Source: Promethearchaeota archaeon Loki_b32 (lineage in GTDB: Archaea; Asgardarchaeota; Lokiarchaeia; Sigyniarchaeales; SOKP01). Taken from it: a DNA stretch of 64,000 nucleotides. Every line of letters starts with the position of its first letter. Position 1 is the first letter of the stretch. Shown here piece by piece: positions 12,295-22,367 of this stretch. The stretch covers positions 32,001 through 96,000 of the forward strand of contig NJBH01000008.1 of NCBI GenBank assembly GCA_005223125.1. Direction: 5' to 3'. The translations under genes were made by a program, and so were the position numbers. The notes beneath the pieces are model-generated. The model did not search any database and was not told the origin of the DNA. It saw only the letters and a list, made by a program, of their open reading frames with translations.

Positions 12295-12855
12295 TTAATC
12301 TAATACGAATTTAACTCCACTTTTTTTTAATATATGCAAAACCAACTTTTTAAATGCCATTTCAACATTTTCTCCATATTTAGCACTTGTTTCAATAAAC
12401 TCAGTTGCGTTAATCTTTTGAGATAATAATTTCCCTTCTTCGGATGATACTTTGATTGAATCTTTTAAATCTAGTTTGTTACCAATCAAAATATAGACTC
12501 CATCGGGTTTACCAAATTTTATAAAATCCTCAAGCCATTTTGATGTTATATTCTCAAATGTTGAATAACGCGTTTTATCGTAAATAAATAATGCACCTGA
12601 GCAACCCTGAAAAAACATCTTGCGTGTTAACTCATATTTAGCTTGACCGGCGATATCCCACAAAAGTAGACGAATATCAGAATTTATCTCTTCCAATTTT
12701 ATATCCTTTGTGACAATATTAACTCCAAGTGTTGGTTGGTAATTCTCATTAAATGAATCAGTGATATATTTATCAATTAAGGAGGTTTTCCCTACTGCGG
12801 GATCTCCTAATAATGCTAACTTTAATGCCCATTGTCTCTTCTTATCATCTCCCAT
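12295..12855 (-). CDS. Rab-like small GTPase
   Basis: GDPAVGKTS, PTLGV, WDIAGQA, NKLD, ETSAK. Confidence 0.95.
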   Translation of the reverse strand: MGDDKKRQWALKLALLGDPAVGKTSLIDKYITDSFNENYQPTLGVNIVTKDIKLEEINSDIRLLLWDIAGQAKYELTRKMFFQGCSGALFIYDKTRYSTFENITSKWLEDFIKFGKPDGVYILIGNKLDLKDSIKVSSEEGKLLSQKINATEFIETSAKYGENVEMAFKKLVLHILKKSGVKFVLD

Positions 12856-12872
12856 CTATGATCAACCCATTC

Positions 12873-13301
12873 TTATATGTTTAAAAGTGATAAATTAAAT
12901 TGAGGATCGTTAGCACGATATAATTTTTGATCAATCTCATAAATGCTTACTTCTCCAGTTACAGAGACTATAGTTGGTTTGCTTAAATGTCCTCCAATCA
13001 GGCTATAATCACCTCTTCCTAAGGAAACATGCAAGTGAATTATTGGTTCTCCATCTTTATAAGCAATATTCCCTATACATGAAATCAATTCTACGTTTTC
13101 ATTAAACGTTTTCATTTTGTATTTGTTAGAATCAATCATATAAAAACCAATTGTAAATGTCTTTAGTGCCCCAATACATTTGATAAATCCAGACTTAATG
13201 TTATATTTTTTTATCATTTCGATGATAGAATCTACTAAATCCTCATTAGGTTCAACTTTTCCAACAATAACTCGTGAAATTTTAGTTTCAAGACTTTTCA
13301 A
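12873..13301 (-). CDS. PPC/DUF296 domain protein
   Basis: CIGAL, ELISCIGNI, HLHVSLG, GGHL; GGTGAT SD before the TTG start. Confidence 0.92.
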   Translation of the reverse strand: MKSLETKISRVIVGKVEPNEDLVDSIIEMIKKYNIKSGFIKCIGALKTFTIGFYMIDSNKYKMKTFNENVELISCIGNIAYKDGEPIIHLHVSLGRGDYSLIGGHLSKPTIVSVTGEVSIYEIDQKLYRANDPQFNLSLLNI

Positions 13302-13338
13302 TTAATCACCATACTTACTCCTATTAACTTAAGTAATA

Positions 13339-13890
13339 TTATAATATAATCTCTGATTTCCTTAATACACTATATACTAATTTTTTAAACGCATCTTCCA
13401 CATTTTCTCCGTATTTTGCGCTCGTCTCAAGAAAATCGCTCGCATTTATTCTCTCAGCAAATTCTCGTCCTTTCTCAGTCGATACAACTCTTGATTCATT
13501 TAAATCAATTTTATTTCCAATCAAAATACAAGAAAGTTCTTCTTCTGAATACTCTTTTAAATCTTTTAACCATTTAGATTCAATATTGGTAAATGTGTCA
13601 TCTCTGGTCGTATCATATACAAGTAGGGCCCCTACAACTCCTTGAAAGAACATTTTTCTGGAAAGATCATATTTTTCTTGACCCGCAATATCCCAAAGAA
13701 CCAACCGAATTTGAGCATTTATTTCTTCAATCTCTAATTCTTTAACAACAATGTTTACACCTAAAGTAGGCTTGTAATCCTCCTTAAAACGGTGGTGGGT
13801 ATATATGTCAACAAGAGAAGTTTTTCCGACAGCTGCGTCGCCTAATAAAACAAGCTTAAAAACGATAAATTTTTCTTTTTCCCCAGACAT
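13339..13890 (-). CDS. Rab-like small GTPase
   Basis: GDAAVGKTS, PTLGV, WDIAGQE, NKID, ETSAK. Confidence 0.95.
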   Translation of the reverse strand: MSGEKEKFIVFKLVLLGDAAVGKTSLVDIYTHHRFKEDYKPTLGVNIVVKELEIEEINAQIRLVLWDIAGQEKYDLSRKMFFQGVVGALLVYDTTRDDTFTNIESKWLKDLKEYSEEELSCILIGNKIDLNESRVVSTEKGREFAERINASDFLETSAKYGENVEDAFKKLVYSVLRKSEIIL

Positions 13891-13983
13891 TGTTGTTTTT
13901 ATAATCCTTTTTAGTTTTTTATAGATAAGATAATTTCATATTTTTTATAGTTGAGCTAAAGAATCTATTTTTATGAGTGTGCT

Positions 13984-14013
13984 ACAAATTATAATTTCAC
14001 AAATTATAATTTC
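13984..14013. repeat. 2x15-bp tandem repeat, each unit containing the palindrome AAATTATAATTT
   Basis: ACAAATTATAATTTC twice, back to back, in the divergent intergenic region. Confidence 0.6.
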
Positions 14014-14084
14014 ATCTTAAATTCGAAAAATTATTTATAGTGAACTTTTATAACCATTATTAGTAGATTAGAATAAGAAATATT

Positions 14085-15044
14085 ATGCCAGAGAAAGTTA
14101 TAATATCAGGAGTAGAATTATTATTATCTGAACCAGCTCAAGTAGATATGAAATGGGTTGGAAATGATGATTTAATTAATCAATTAAAAGCTTCATGGAT
14201 GCTTGTTGATAAGGATGATCTTCCCCTAAATCCTCGTATTCTAGGAAAGCCTGGAGTTGGCAAAACAACACTTGCTTATGCTACTGGAAGACGATTAGAA
14301 AAAGACGTATACATCTTTCAGTGCACTATGGATACTCGCCCAGAAGATCTTCTTATTAGTCCTGTGATTGCCTCAAACAATAAAATAGCCTATGTTGCGA
14401 GCTCTTTGGTGTCAGCCATGATAAAAGGAGGAGTATGTCTATTAGATGAGGGAAATAGAATGAGTGAAAAAAGTTGGGCTTCTTTAGCACCATTAATGGA
14501 TAAAAGGCGTTATGTTGAGAGTATTATTACGGGTATTAGGATATACGCTCATCCTGAATTTCGGTTATGTGTAACAATGAATGCAGATAGTAGTACATAT
14601 GAAATTCCAGAATATATACAATCTCGTTTACAACCTAAAATTTATATAGACTTTCCAAATAAAGTTGATGAATTAAAGATTTTAAACTACAATTTACCAT
14701 TTGCTTCAGATGAAATATTAGAATATTGTGTAGATTTCCTCCAGAATGCTCATATTTATGACGAACCTTATACTGTGAGAGATGGGATTAATATTTTAAG
14801 ATATTATACAAAATCAAGGTTGATGAAGAAAGAAGATCAAGATAAAATAGAAAAGAAAACGTTTGAGAATATGGTTATTCAAGTATTAGAAGAAGCTGCT
14901 TTAAAATATTTACCTGGAAATTACGAAGAGTTTTTGAAAAAACAGAATGATTCAATCTCTTTGAAAATATTTAAAGATTTTGATGAAGTGAATGATTATT
15001 ATGATAAATTTGTGAAAAAAGATGAACAAGACTCAAATGGATGA
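14085..15044 (+). CDS. MoxR-family AAA+ ATPase
   Basis: GKPGVGKTT, FQCTMDTRPEDL, LLDEGNR, HPEFRLCVTMN. Confidence 0.9.
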   Translation: MPEKVIISGVELLLSEPAQVDMKWVGNDDLINQLKASWMLVDKDDLPLNPRILGKPGVGKTTLAYATGRRLEKDVYIFQCTMDTRPEDLLISPVIASNNKIAYVASSLVSAMIKGGVCLLDEGNRMSEKSWASLAPLMDKRRYVESIITGIRIYAHPEFRLCVTMNADSSTYEIPEYIQSRLQPKIYIDFPNKVDELKILNYNLPFASDEILEYCVDFLQNAHIYDEPYTVRDGINILRYYTKSRLMKKEDQDKIEKKTFENMVIQVLEEAALKYLPGNYEEFLKKQNDSISLKIFKDFDEVNDYYDKFVKKDEQDSNG

Positions 15045-17028
15045 TAATCCCTTTATAAAATTTGAAAATTTATATGTTATTCCTACTTTTCATTCGCGTA
15101 TAGAATTTGCAAAATTGGTTCGTACAGCTTTATTTAAAGTTTTTCCTGATGTAATTGCTGTAGAATTACCAAATAACATACAAGATGAAGTTATAGAAGC
15201 TATTGGGAGATTACCTTTTTTATCTTTAATTGGATATGCTGATACATTAAATCCAAAAAAGTTAAATTTTATACCTGTAGATCCAGGTGATTCTATAATG
15301 GAAAGTATAAGAATTGGGCTTGAGTACGATATTCCAATCGAATTTATTGATCTATCTGTTTCTGAATATTTGCCTCCAAGCTTCAAACTTCCAGATGATT
15401 ATGCTATTAATCAAATTGGGCTTCATAAGTTTTATAAACAGATTTCAAAATACTTTAAAAACGAGTTTAAAGATAATAAAGCTAAACTTAAGGATAAGGT
15501 TAATTTGGAGGATTTTCTTAAAAATCAAGAAAATGTAGATAATAAATATAATTTCATTGAAAAAGATATTCTTAGAGAGAAATACATGGCAGCTCACCTA
15601 TTAAAATTAATGTCATTATATCATAGAGTTTTACTAATTATCGGCATGGCTCATTGGGAAAACGTGAAATATTATATAGAAAATCCAGAAAAAATTGAAG
15701 AAGTAGAATTGGAGTTAATTCCTCATAAATATGTAAAAATTTACAACATAAGAGGTTCTGATGCTAGATTTATTTTAAGAGAGTTACCATATCATACATA
15801 TAAATGGTTAAGATTTAGAAATGAGTTTTCAAAAGGAAAATTAGAAAGCATAGAAACTCCAGAAGAGCTTTATGATATTTTAAATTCATACAACAAGATT
15901 GAACATATTAGAAAGATCTTAATCAATGCCAAATACGATTATGAAGAGGAATTTAAAGAATTTGTAGATCTCCATAAATTAAAAACTTTATTTCAATATT
16001 CAAGAAACCTCTCATTATCAGACCGGAGATTATTGCCAAACTTATATCAACTATTAATTGCCTCAAAAAATATTGTTGATGATGATTATGCTTGGAAAGT
16101 TATGGAAAAAGCTACCAAATATCCCTATGATGATGAGAGCGATAATTATGAAACGTTGAAAATGGGCTTAGAAGGCGGTTATGATCCAAGTGGTCGCTAT
16201 ATAAAACTACGTAGACATCATCCTTATACCTATGGAAAAGAAAAAGAGGTTCCATTAAAAGAGAAGCCTGAAGAAAAATACCCTGGAGAGTGGAGAGATA
16301 AATGGGAAGAAGGTAAAGATTATACAGTTTCCTGGCCTCCTGAAGATATTCTAGAAGAAGACTACTTTGCCTTTATAAGAAAAAAAACTATTAAGAATTT
16401 AAAAAACCAGAGAATTAAAATAGAGGAATTCAAGTCCAGCTTAATGGATGGGATCGCGATTAAAGAAACTATTAGGAATTGGGCGTTCAAGAAAAAGATT
16501 TACGTACAAAATATTCAACAAATTCAAGGTAAAATCGATACTATTGTTGTAATATTTGATACCGATGAGGGAGAAGTTGAAAAGTATCCTTATAAATTAA
16601 CTTGGTGGGCAGAACATGACAGAGAAAGTGATATGGCTTTCTATTCAACCAATCCTGGCGATTATATTATTGGACCAGGTATTACACACGTAGAAGTTGG
16701 GGGATTACTATCTATCTTTCCAGCATTATTCTTACGATCTATTTTCGATCCCTATATGGAATACGAATTTAAAGATACTAATAATAAGGCGGAGCGTCTT
16801 CTCAAGGCAGCCATTATTTATTCAAAAGAACGATATATAGCATATGTAGCATCAAAACCCCCTCGTAAGTATTTTTATTCACGGGCGGCTATAAAGAATC
16901 GCGAATTAATATATATTCCAATAGATAATTTTAGTAAAGAATCTCTGAAAACAATTAAACATATTCATATCCTAGCAGGTAGGGATAAAAGAAAAATTGC
17001 TCATAACTATATCTTCTTAAATGAATAG
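15022..17028 (+). CDS. MoxR-associated protein (TraB/TIKI/DUF5682-like N-terminus, degenerate vWA-like C-terminus)
   Basis: VIAVELP, REKYMAAHL, IIGMAHW; later DGIAIKETIRN and IVVIFD; overlaps the moxR stop. Confidence 0.55.
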   Translation: MNKTQMDDNPFIKFENLYVIPTFHSRIEFAKLVRTALFKVFPDVIAVELPNNIQDEVIEAIGRLPFLSLIGYADTLNPKKLNFIPVDPGDSIMESIRIGLEYDIPIEFIDLSVSEYLPPSFKLPDDYAINQIGLHKFYKQISKYFKNEFKDNKAKLKDKVNLEDFLKNQENVDNKYNFIEKDILREKYMAAHLLKLMSLYHRVLLIIGMAHWENVKYYIENPEKIEEVELELIPHKYVKIYNIRGSDARFILRELPYHTYKWLRFRNEFSKGKLESIETPEELYDILNSYNKIEHIRKILINAKYDYEEEFKEFVDLHKLKTLFQYSRNLSLSDRRLLPNLYQLLIASKNIVDDDYAWKVMEKATKYPYDDESDNYETLKMGLEGGYDPSGRYIKLRRHHPYTYGKEKEVPLKEKPEEKYPGEWRDKWEEGKDYTVSWPPEDILEEDYFAFIRKKTIKNLKNQRIKIEEFKSSLMDGIAIKETIRNWAFKKKIYVQNIQQIQGKIDTIVVIFDTDEGEVEKYPYKLTWWAEHDRESDMAFYSTNPGDYIIGPGITHVEVGGLLSIFPALFLRSIFDPYMEYEFKDTNNKAERLLKAAIIYSKERYIAYVASKPPRKYFYSRAAIKNRELIYIPIDNFSKESLKTIKHIHILAGRDKRKIAHNYIFLNE

Positions 17029-17082
17029 CAAATGAAAATACCGTTAAATTTTTAAAATCTTTTTACTATAATTTAAATATAA

Positions 17083-17223
17083 CGTGGATGTGGATGCTAT
17101 GAATAAAAATACTAAATTCTTAGGTTTTACACAAAATATGATTAAGATCATATCCACGATTATTATTATCTAAATTCATTTATTTGTGAAGTGAATTCTC
17201 GTAGCTTTTACTCCACATCCTAC
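17083..17223 (+). promoter_or_regulatory. candidate structured leader/ncRNA upstream of ileS
   Basis: GGATGTGGA 17086-94 pairs with TCCACATCC 17212-20; GCTATGA 17096-102 pairs with TCGTAGC 17199-205; alternative partner CATATCCACG 17149-58. Confidence 0.45.
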
Positions 17224-17334
17224 TTCATGAATAAATTAACTGAAATTGCGATATAAACTAATTGTGTTAAATAATTTTATTTTTAACATTTTTAAGTTAA
17301 ATAATTTAATGAACATAAAAAAATCTCAAGTAAG

Positions 17335-20196
17335 GTGTTAAATATTTCATATATTGAAAAAGAAAAAGAACTTATACAATTTTGGAAATATAATAATATA
17401 TTTGAAAAAAGTGTAGAGCAAAGACCAAAGAATAATCCATATATATTTTATGATGGACCACCTTTTGCAACGGGATTGCCCCATTACGGTCATATATTAA
17501 GTTTTGTAACAAAGGATGTATTTCCGAGATATTGGACAATGAAAAATCACCGTTGTGAGAGAAGATGGGGTTGGGATTGTCATGGTTTGCCAATCGAAAG
17601 TATCTGTGAAAGAGAACTAAATTTAAAGCAGAAAAATGAAATATACGAAATGGGTATTGCTGATTTCAATGAATTTTGTCGATCAAAAGTGCTTTGGTAT
17701 ACAACTGAATGGAAAAAAACTGTTGAACGAATGGGTAAGTGGATAGAGTTTGATAATTCTTATAAAACCATGGATAATACATATATGGAAACTGTGTGGT
17801 ATATTTTTAAGAAAATATACACCAAGGGGTTCGTGTATAGGGGAAAAAAAATACTGTTCTATTGTCCACGATGTGAAACTCCACTTTCTAATTTCGAGAT
17901 TTCGATGGATAATAGCTATAAAGATATTAGTGAACATTCTATAACAGCAAAATTCAAATTGATAGAAGAGCCAATGACATTTTTTCTTGCTTGGACCACA
18001 ACGCCTTGGACGTTAATTGGAAATGTAGCTTTAGCTGTAGATAGCGAGCGAGATTATGTTAAAATAAAATTTGATGATGAATATTTAATATTGATAAAAA
18101 ATCAATTAGATACAATCAAAAAAGACTATGAAATTGTTGATGAATTTAAAGGAAATGACCTAATTAATAAAGAATATGAACCATTATATCACATTTCTCC
18201 TGATACCACTAAAAAAGGGCACTTTGTTATTGATGGGGGTGATGAGGTATTATCTGATGAAGGAACAGGAATAATACACATAGCAATTTATGGGGAATTT
18301 GATTATGAAATGATAAAGAAACATGATTTAACTATAATTCAACATATTGATGAACATGGCAATCTGGCTCAGGGTCCGAGAGATTGGATTGGATTGTGGT
18401 TTAAAGATGTAAATGAAAAAGTCTTAGAGGATTTGCACCAACGGAACCTTTTATTTAGTTCAGAAGATTACACTCATTCTTATCCATTCTGTTATAGATG
18501 TGATACTCCCTTAATTTATAATGCTCTTGATGCTTGGTTTATAGATATTCAACGAATAAAACCAATGCTTCTGGAAACTAATGAAAGAATCAACTGGTAT
18601 CCTAAAGAGATTTCAAGAAGATATGAAAGTATAGTTAATACCGCTCCTGATTGGTGTATTTCAAGAAATAGATTTTGGGCTACTGCTATGCCTATTTGGG
18701 AATGTGAAGAATGTAAAAAAATTAAAGTCATTGGATCTATTAAAGAATTACAGGAAAATGCGGTTGAAGAGGTTCCTGATGATTTAGATCTTCATAGACA
18801 TATTGTTGATAAGATATATCTTAAATGTTCTAATTGCAGCAAAGTAATGAAGCGTGTACCTGAAGTATTTGACTGCTGGTTGGAATCAGGATCAATGCCT
18901 TATGCGGCAAAACATTACCCATTTGAAAATGTGGAATGGTTTAAGCATAATTTTCCAAGTGATTTTGTGTCTGAGTATGTCCCACAAGTTAGGGCGTGGT
19001 TTTACTACATGCATGCAATAGCCGTCCTGCTATTTAATGAAATCCCATTTAAAAATGTCGTTGTAAATGGCAATATACTCGCTGAAGATGGAACTAAGAT
19101 GTCAAAGTCTAAAAGAAATTTCCCCGATCCAAACCTAATGATTGAGAAATATGGAGCTGATGCTTTAAGAATATATCTTTTATCATCCCAATTGATGAGG
19201 GCACAAGATTTAAATTTTAAAGAGGAAATTGTAAAACAAGTTTACCGACGATTCAATTTATTGCTAATTAATGTTCTAAAATTCTATTCATTGAATGATA
19301 TTGATAACGTTATTATGGATATAACGCGTTCAGATAATATTTTAGATAAATGGATTGTCAGTTTATTGAATAGCCTTATACAGGACATTACGCAACTTAT
19401 GGATGATTATGACACAGCAGAAGTAAGTAGATTATTCTTCAACTTCATCGAGGATCTCTCCACATGGTATATTAAAAACAGCAGGAATCGATTTAAAAGT
19501 GAGAATATAAATGAAAAATTATCAGCGATGAACACATTGTCCTATATACTTTATAATTTATCAAAACTCTTAGCTCCTTTAACTCCATTTATATCAGAAA
19601 TAATATACCAGAAATTGATAGAGAAAGGGATTGCAAATTTTAAATCCGTCCATTTAGAGTTTTGGCCCGAGTTTGATGAGAAGTTGATTGATAGCGAAGT
19701 TCTAAAAAATATGGAACTAACAAGAGAAGTAGTAAAAAGATCCTTAGAATTAAGAGAGAATTCTAAAATTCCAGTTAGGCAGGTTCTAAATAAGGTTACA
19801 ATAAAAGGAGTAAATCTTGAAAAGAAATATTTAGATGTTATAGCAGAAGCTATAAATGTGAGAAATGTAAATATTGAAAAGGGAGAAGAGGTTGAATTTC
19901 TAGTAGAATTAGACACAATTATTACGCCAGAGTTGAAGTTAGAAGGAATTGCTAGAAACTTAATAAGACATCTGAATAATTATCGAAAAAAACTGAATCT
20001 ATCAACGAAAAATCGAATTAATTTATATTTAAAAACAAATGATAAAGATATTTCAGAAGCCCTTGAAAAACATAAGGAGAAAATAAAGAAGATGATACAA
20101 GCTGAAACAATCATTCAAAATATGGAAGGGAAGGAACATATAAAGAAGTTCAAAATTGAAAATAAAGTCGTTGAGGCATATATTGAGGTAAAATAA
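17335..20196 (+). CDS. ileS: isoleucine--tRNA ligase (type 2, archaeal/eukaryotic-like)
   Basis: DGPPFATGLPHYGH, GWDCHGLP, AWTTTPWTL, DWCISRNRFW, KMSKS. Confidence 0.97.
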   Translation: MLNISYIEKEKELIQFWKYNNIFEKSVEQRPKNNPYIFYDGPPFATGLPHYGHILSFVTKDVFPRYWTMKNHRCERRWGWDCHGLPIESICERELNLKQKNEIYEMGIADFNEFCRSKVLWYTTEWKKTVERMGKWIEFDNSYKTMDNTYMETVWYIFKKIYTKGFVYRGKKILFYCPRCETPLSNFEISMDNSYKDISEHSITAKFKLIEEPMTFFLAWTTTPWTLIGNVALAVDSERDYVKIKFDDEYLILIKNQLDTIKKDYEIVDEFKGNDLINKEYEPLYHISPDTTKKGHFVIDGGDEVLSDEGTGIIHIAIYGEFDYEMIKKHDLTIIQHIDEHGNLAQGPRDWIGLWFKDVNEKVLEDLHQRNLLFSSEDYTHSYPFCYRCDTPLIYNALDAWFIDIQRIKPMLLETNERINWYPKEISRRYESIVNTAPDWCISRNRFWATAMPIWECEECKKIKVIGSIKELQENAVEEVPDDLDLHRHIVDKIYLKCSNCSKVMKRVPEVFDCWLESGSMPYAAKHYPFENVEWFKHNFPSDFVSEYVPQVRAWFYYMHAIAVLLFNEIPFKNVVVNGNILAEDGTKMSKSKRNFPDPNLMIEKYGADALRIYLLSSQLMRAQDLNFKEEIVKQVYRRFNLLLINVLKFYSLNDIDNVIMDITRSDNILDKWIVSLLNSLIQDITQLMDDYDTAEVSRLFFNFIEDLSTWYIKNSRNRFKSENINEKLSAMNTLSYILYNLSKLLAPLTPFISEIIYQKLIEKGIANFKSVHLEFWPEFDEKLIDSEVLKNMELTREVVKRSLELRENSKIPVRQVLNKVTIKGVNLEKKYLDVIAEAINVRNVNIEKGEEVEFLVELDTIITPELKLEGIARNLIRHLNNYRKKLNLSTKNRINLYLKTNDKDISEALEKHKEKIKKMIQAETIIQNMEGKEHIKKFKIENKVVEAYIEVK

Positions 20197-20276
20197 TTGA
20201 CTTATAATTAAAAAAAAGAAGGAAGATCCTAAAATCTTCCGTAAAATTCTTATTTTTACTTAGTATTTATTATTTT

Positions 20277-21704
20277 ATGCTTAAAATCTATAACACTATG
20301 ACTCGGCAAAAGGAAGTTTTTAAGACTATAGAAGAAGGTCGAGTTAGAATTTATACCTGTGGGCAGACAGTATATGATGATGTGCATATCGGTAATGCAA
20401 GAACTTATAGCTCATGGGACGTAGTTATTAGATACTTACGATACAAAGGTTATAACGTATTTCATGTTCAAAATTTCACGGATGTGGGTCATTTAACAGA
20501 TGATGCAGATCAAGGAGAAGATAAAATCGAAAAAAGAGCAAGAGAACAAAAAGTTAATCCTTGGGAACTAGTTGATAGACAAATTCAAGAATATTGGCAA
20601 GTTATTGATGATTTAAATATTCAAAGACCGAACATATCTCCAAGAGCAACAGCGCTTATTCCAGACATGATTGAGATTATTCAAATTTTGGTAGAAAAAG
20701 GCTATGCTTATGAAGTAGAAGGTAATGTGTATTATGATACTAGTAAATTTAAGGACTATGGAAAACTTGCTAAGTTAAAACTCGATGAAGAAAAAGCACA
20801 AGCACGCGTGGCTCAAGATCCCTTAAAAAAGAATTATTTTGATTTTGCTTTATGGTTAAACGCACGGAAAGGAGATCAGATCCATACTATGAGATGGAAT
20901 TCTCCGTGGGGTGAAGGATATCCTGGATGGCATCTTGAATGTTCGGTCATGGGCATGAAATATTTAGGAGAGACATTAGATATTCATTGTGGAGGAATCG
21001 ATCATATTCCTACTCACCATCCAAATGAAATTGCTCAATCTGAAGCGGCTACTGGAAAAAAGTTTGTTAATTGGTGGATGCATGCTGAATTTATAACTCT
21101 AAATGGTATGAAAATGAGTAAGAGCCTTGGTAACTATGTTACTGCCCGTGAATTAATTGATGAACATGGAGGTCTTGTTATGAGGATGGGCTTAGTTTCT
21201 GGACATTATCGATCTGCTGTAGATTGGAATCCACAAGTTATTGAAAATGCCAAGAGTAATATCGAAAAAATTAGAAATTGTTTAAATGCAATTGACCAAA
21301 CCTCTGGAGGAAGCGAAGAAACACTTAAAGGGTCAATAAAAAATGTGAAAAATGATTTTGAGGAAGCTATGGATGATGATTTTAATACTCCAAAAGCTTT
21401 TGGAACAATTCATGAATTCATTAAAAAAATAAATAGTTCATTAGATAATAAACAAGAAATATTCTTAGAAGCAAAAGAAACTTTACTCGAACTTCTTGGA
21501 ATTCTGGGTCTTGACTTCACCAAGAAAGAAGAAAGTGGGGAAATTAAATTAAATGAATTGATGGATCTTATTATAAATATCCGTAACAAGGCAAGAAAAG
21601 AGAAAAATTACGAGATAAGTGATGAAATAAGAGAAAAATTAACAAAAGCGGGAATTCAACTTGAAGATACCCCCAATGGAACACGATGGAACATTACTTC
21701 ATAA
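20277..21704 (+). CDS. cysS: cysteine--tRNA ligase
   Basis: YTCGQTVY...HIGN, PGWHLECS, HHPNEIAQS, KMSKSLGN. Confidence 0.97.
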   Translation: MLKIYNTMTRQKEVFKTIEEGRVRIYTCGQTVYDDVHIGNARTYSSWDVVIRYLRYKGYNVFHVQNFTDVGHLTDDADQGEDKIEKRAREQKVNPWELVDRQIQEYWQVIDDLNIQRPNISPRATALIPDMIEIIQILVEKGYAYEVEGNVYYDTSKFKDYGKLAKLKLDEEKAQARVAQDPLKKNYFDFALWLNARKGDQIHTMRWNSPWGEGYPGWHLECSVMGMKYLGETLDIHCGGIDHIPTHHPNEIAQSEAATGKKFVNWWMHAEFITLNGMKMSKSLGNYVTARELIDEHGGLVMRMGLVSGHYRSAVDWNPQVIENAKSNIEKIRNCLNAIDQTSGGSEETLKGSIKNVKNDFEEAMDDDFNTPKAFGTIHEFIKKINSSLDNKQEIFLEAKETLLELLGILGLDFTKKEESGEIKLNELMDLIINIRNKARKEKNYEISDEIREKLTKAGIQLEDTPNGTRWNITS

Positions 21705-21754
21705 ATTTTATTTTTAGAAAATAAAGTCTTCTCAAAACTAAAAAAAAAAAGGAT

Positions 21755-22183
21755 TTAAGTAGGAGGTAAAAACTCCCATTTATTATAATGGTCAGAATTA
21801 CCTCCCTTCTCAAGAAATTCAATATACCTTTTTAGCCCCACCAATAGTAAATCAGAACTTTTTTTAAATATTTTAAAGAGTTCTTTATCATTAAATTCAG
21901 TCCATAAAGTAACTACTGTTGCTTTTTTTTTAGGAATTAAAACATACCCCATTGAATTCATATTACTCTTTTCCATAAACCAGGTAGTACTTTTATTTTT
22001 GTCATATTTAGCGTTAACAATTTTCATGGCTCCAAAATCAGTCTCTAATAGTGTATTTTCATCTTCGAAGGTTATTGCACTCACAGTTGGATTCCATTTT
22101 GGAGTAATAACTCCATCTTTTATGATATTATAAATCTTTTCGGGAGAAGATTCAATTTCGATTTTTTTTTCTAATTTTTGCAA
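21755..22183 (-). CDS. SRPBCC/START-like protein
   Basis: IEIESSPEKIY...PKWNP start and C-terminal LKRYIE helix; GAGGTGA SD. Confidence 0.65.
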   Translation of the reverse strand: MQKLEKKIEIESSPEKIYNIIKDGVITPKWNPTVSAITFEDENTLLETDFGAMKIVNAKYDKNKSTTWFMEKSNMNSMGYVLIPKKKATVVTLWTEFNDKELFKIFKKSSDLLLVGLKRYIEFLEKGGNSDHYNKWEFLPPT

Positions 22184-22367
22184 AAATTCACCTCATTCTG
22201 AAAATTTACATTTTAATATTATGATAATCTCTTATATATACGTTTGTGTGTTTGTCAAAATTTAGGATTCAGACCTTATTAAAACTCAAAAGCAATTAGA
22301 TGGACAAGTCTGGTTTCTTAAAAAAAAACTAAAGAAAAAAATAAGCTAAAAATAATAAAAAAATGAA

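Noticed and set aside
17083-17223. T-box riboswitch before ileS
   Set aside because: No T-box consensus (UGGNACC bulge) and no recognisable specifier stem.
22265-22315. SECIS-like hairpin downstream of tes
   Set aside because: Only a short imperfect stem (CAGAC/GTCTG), no AUGA/GA core, and tes has no in-frame UGA.
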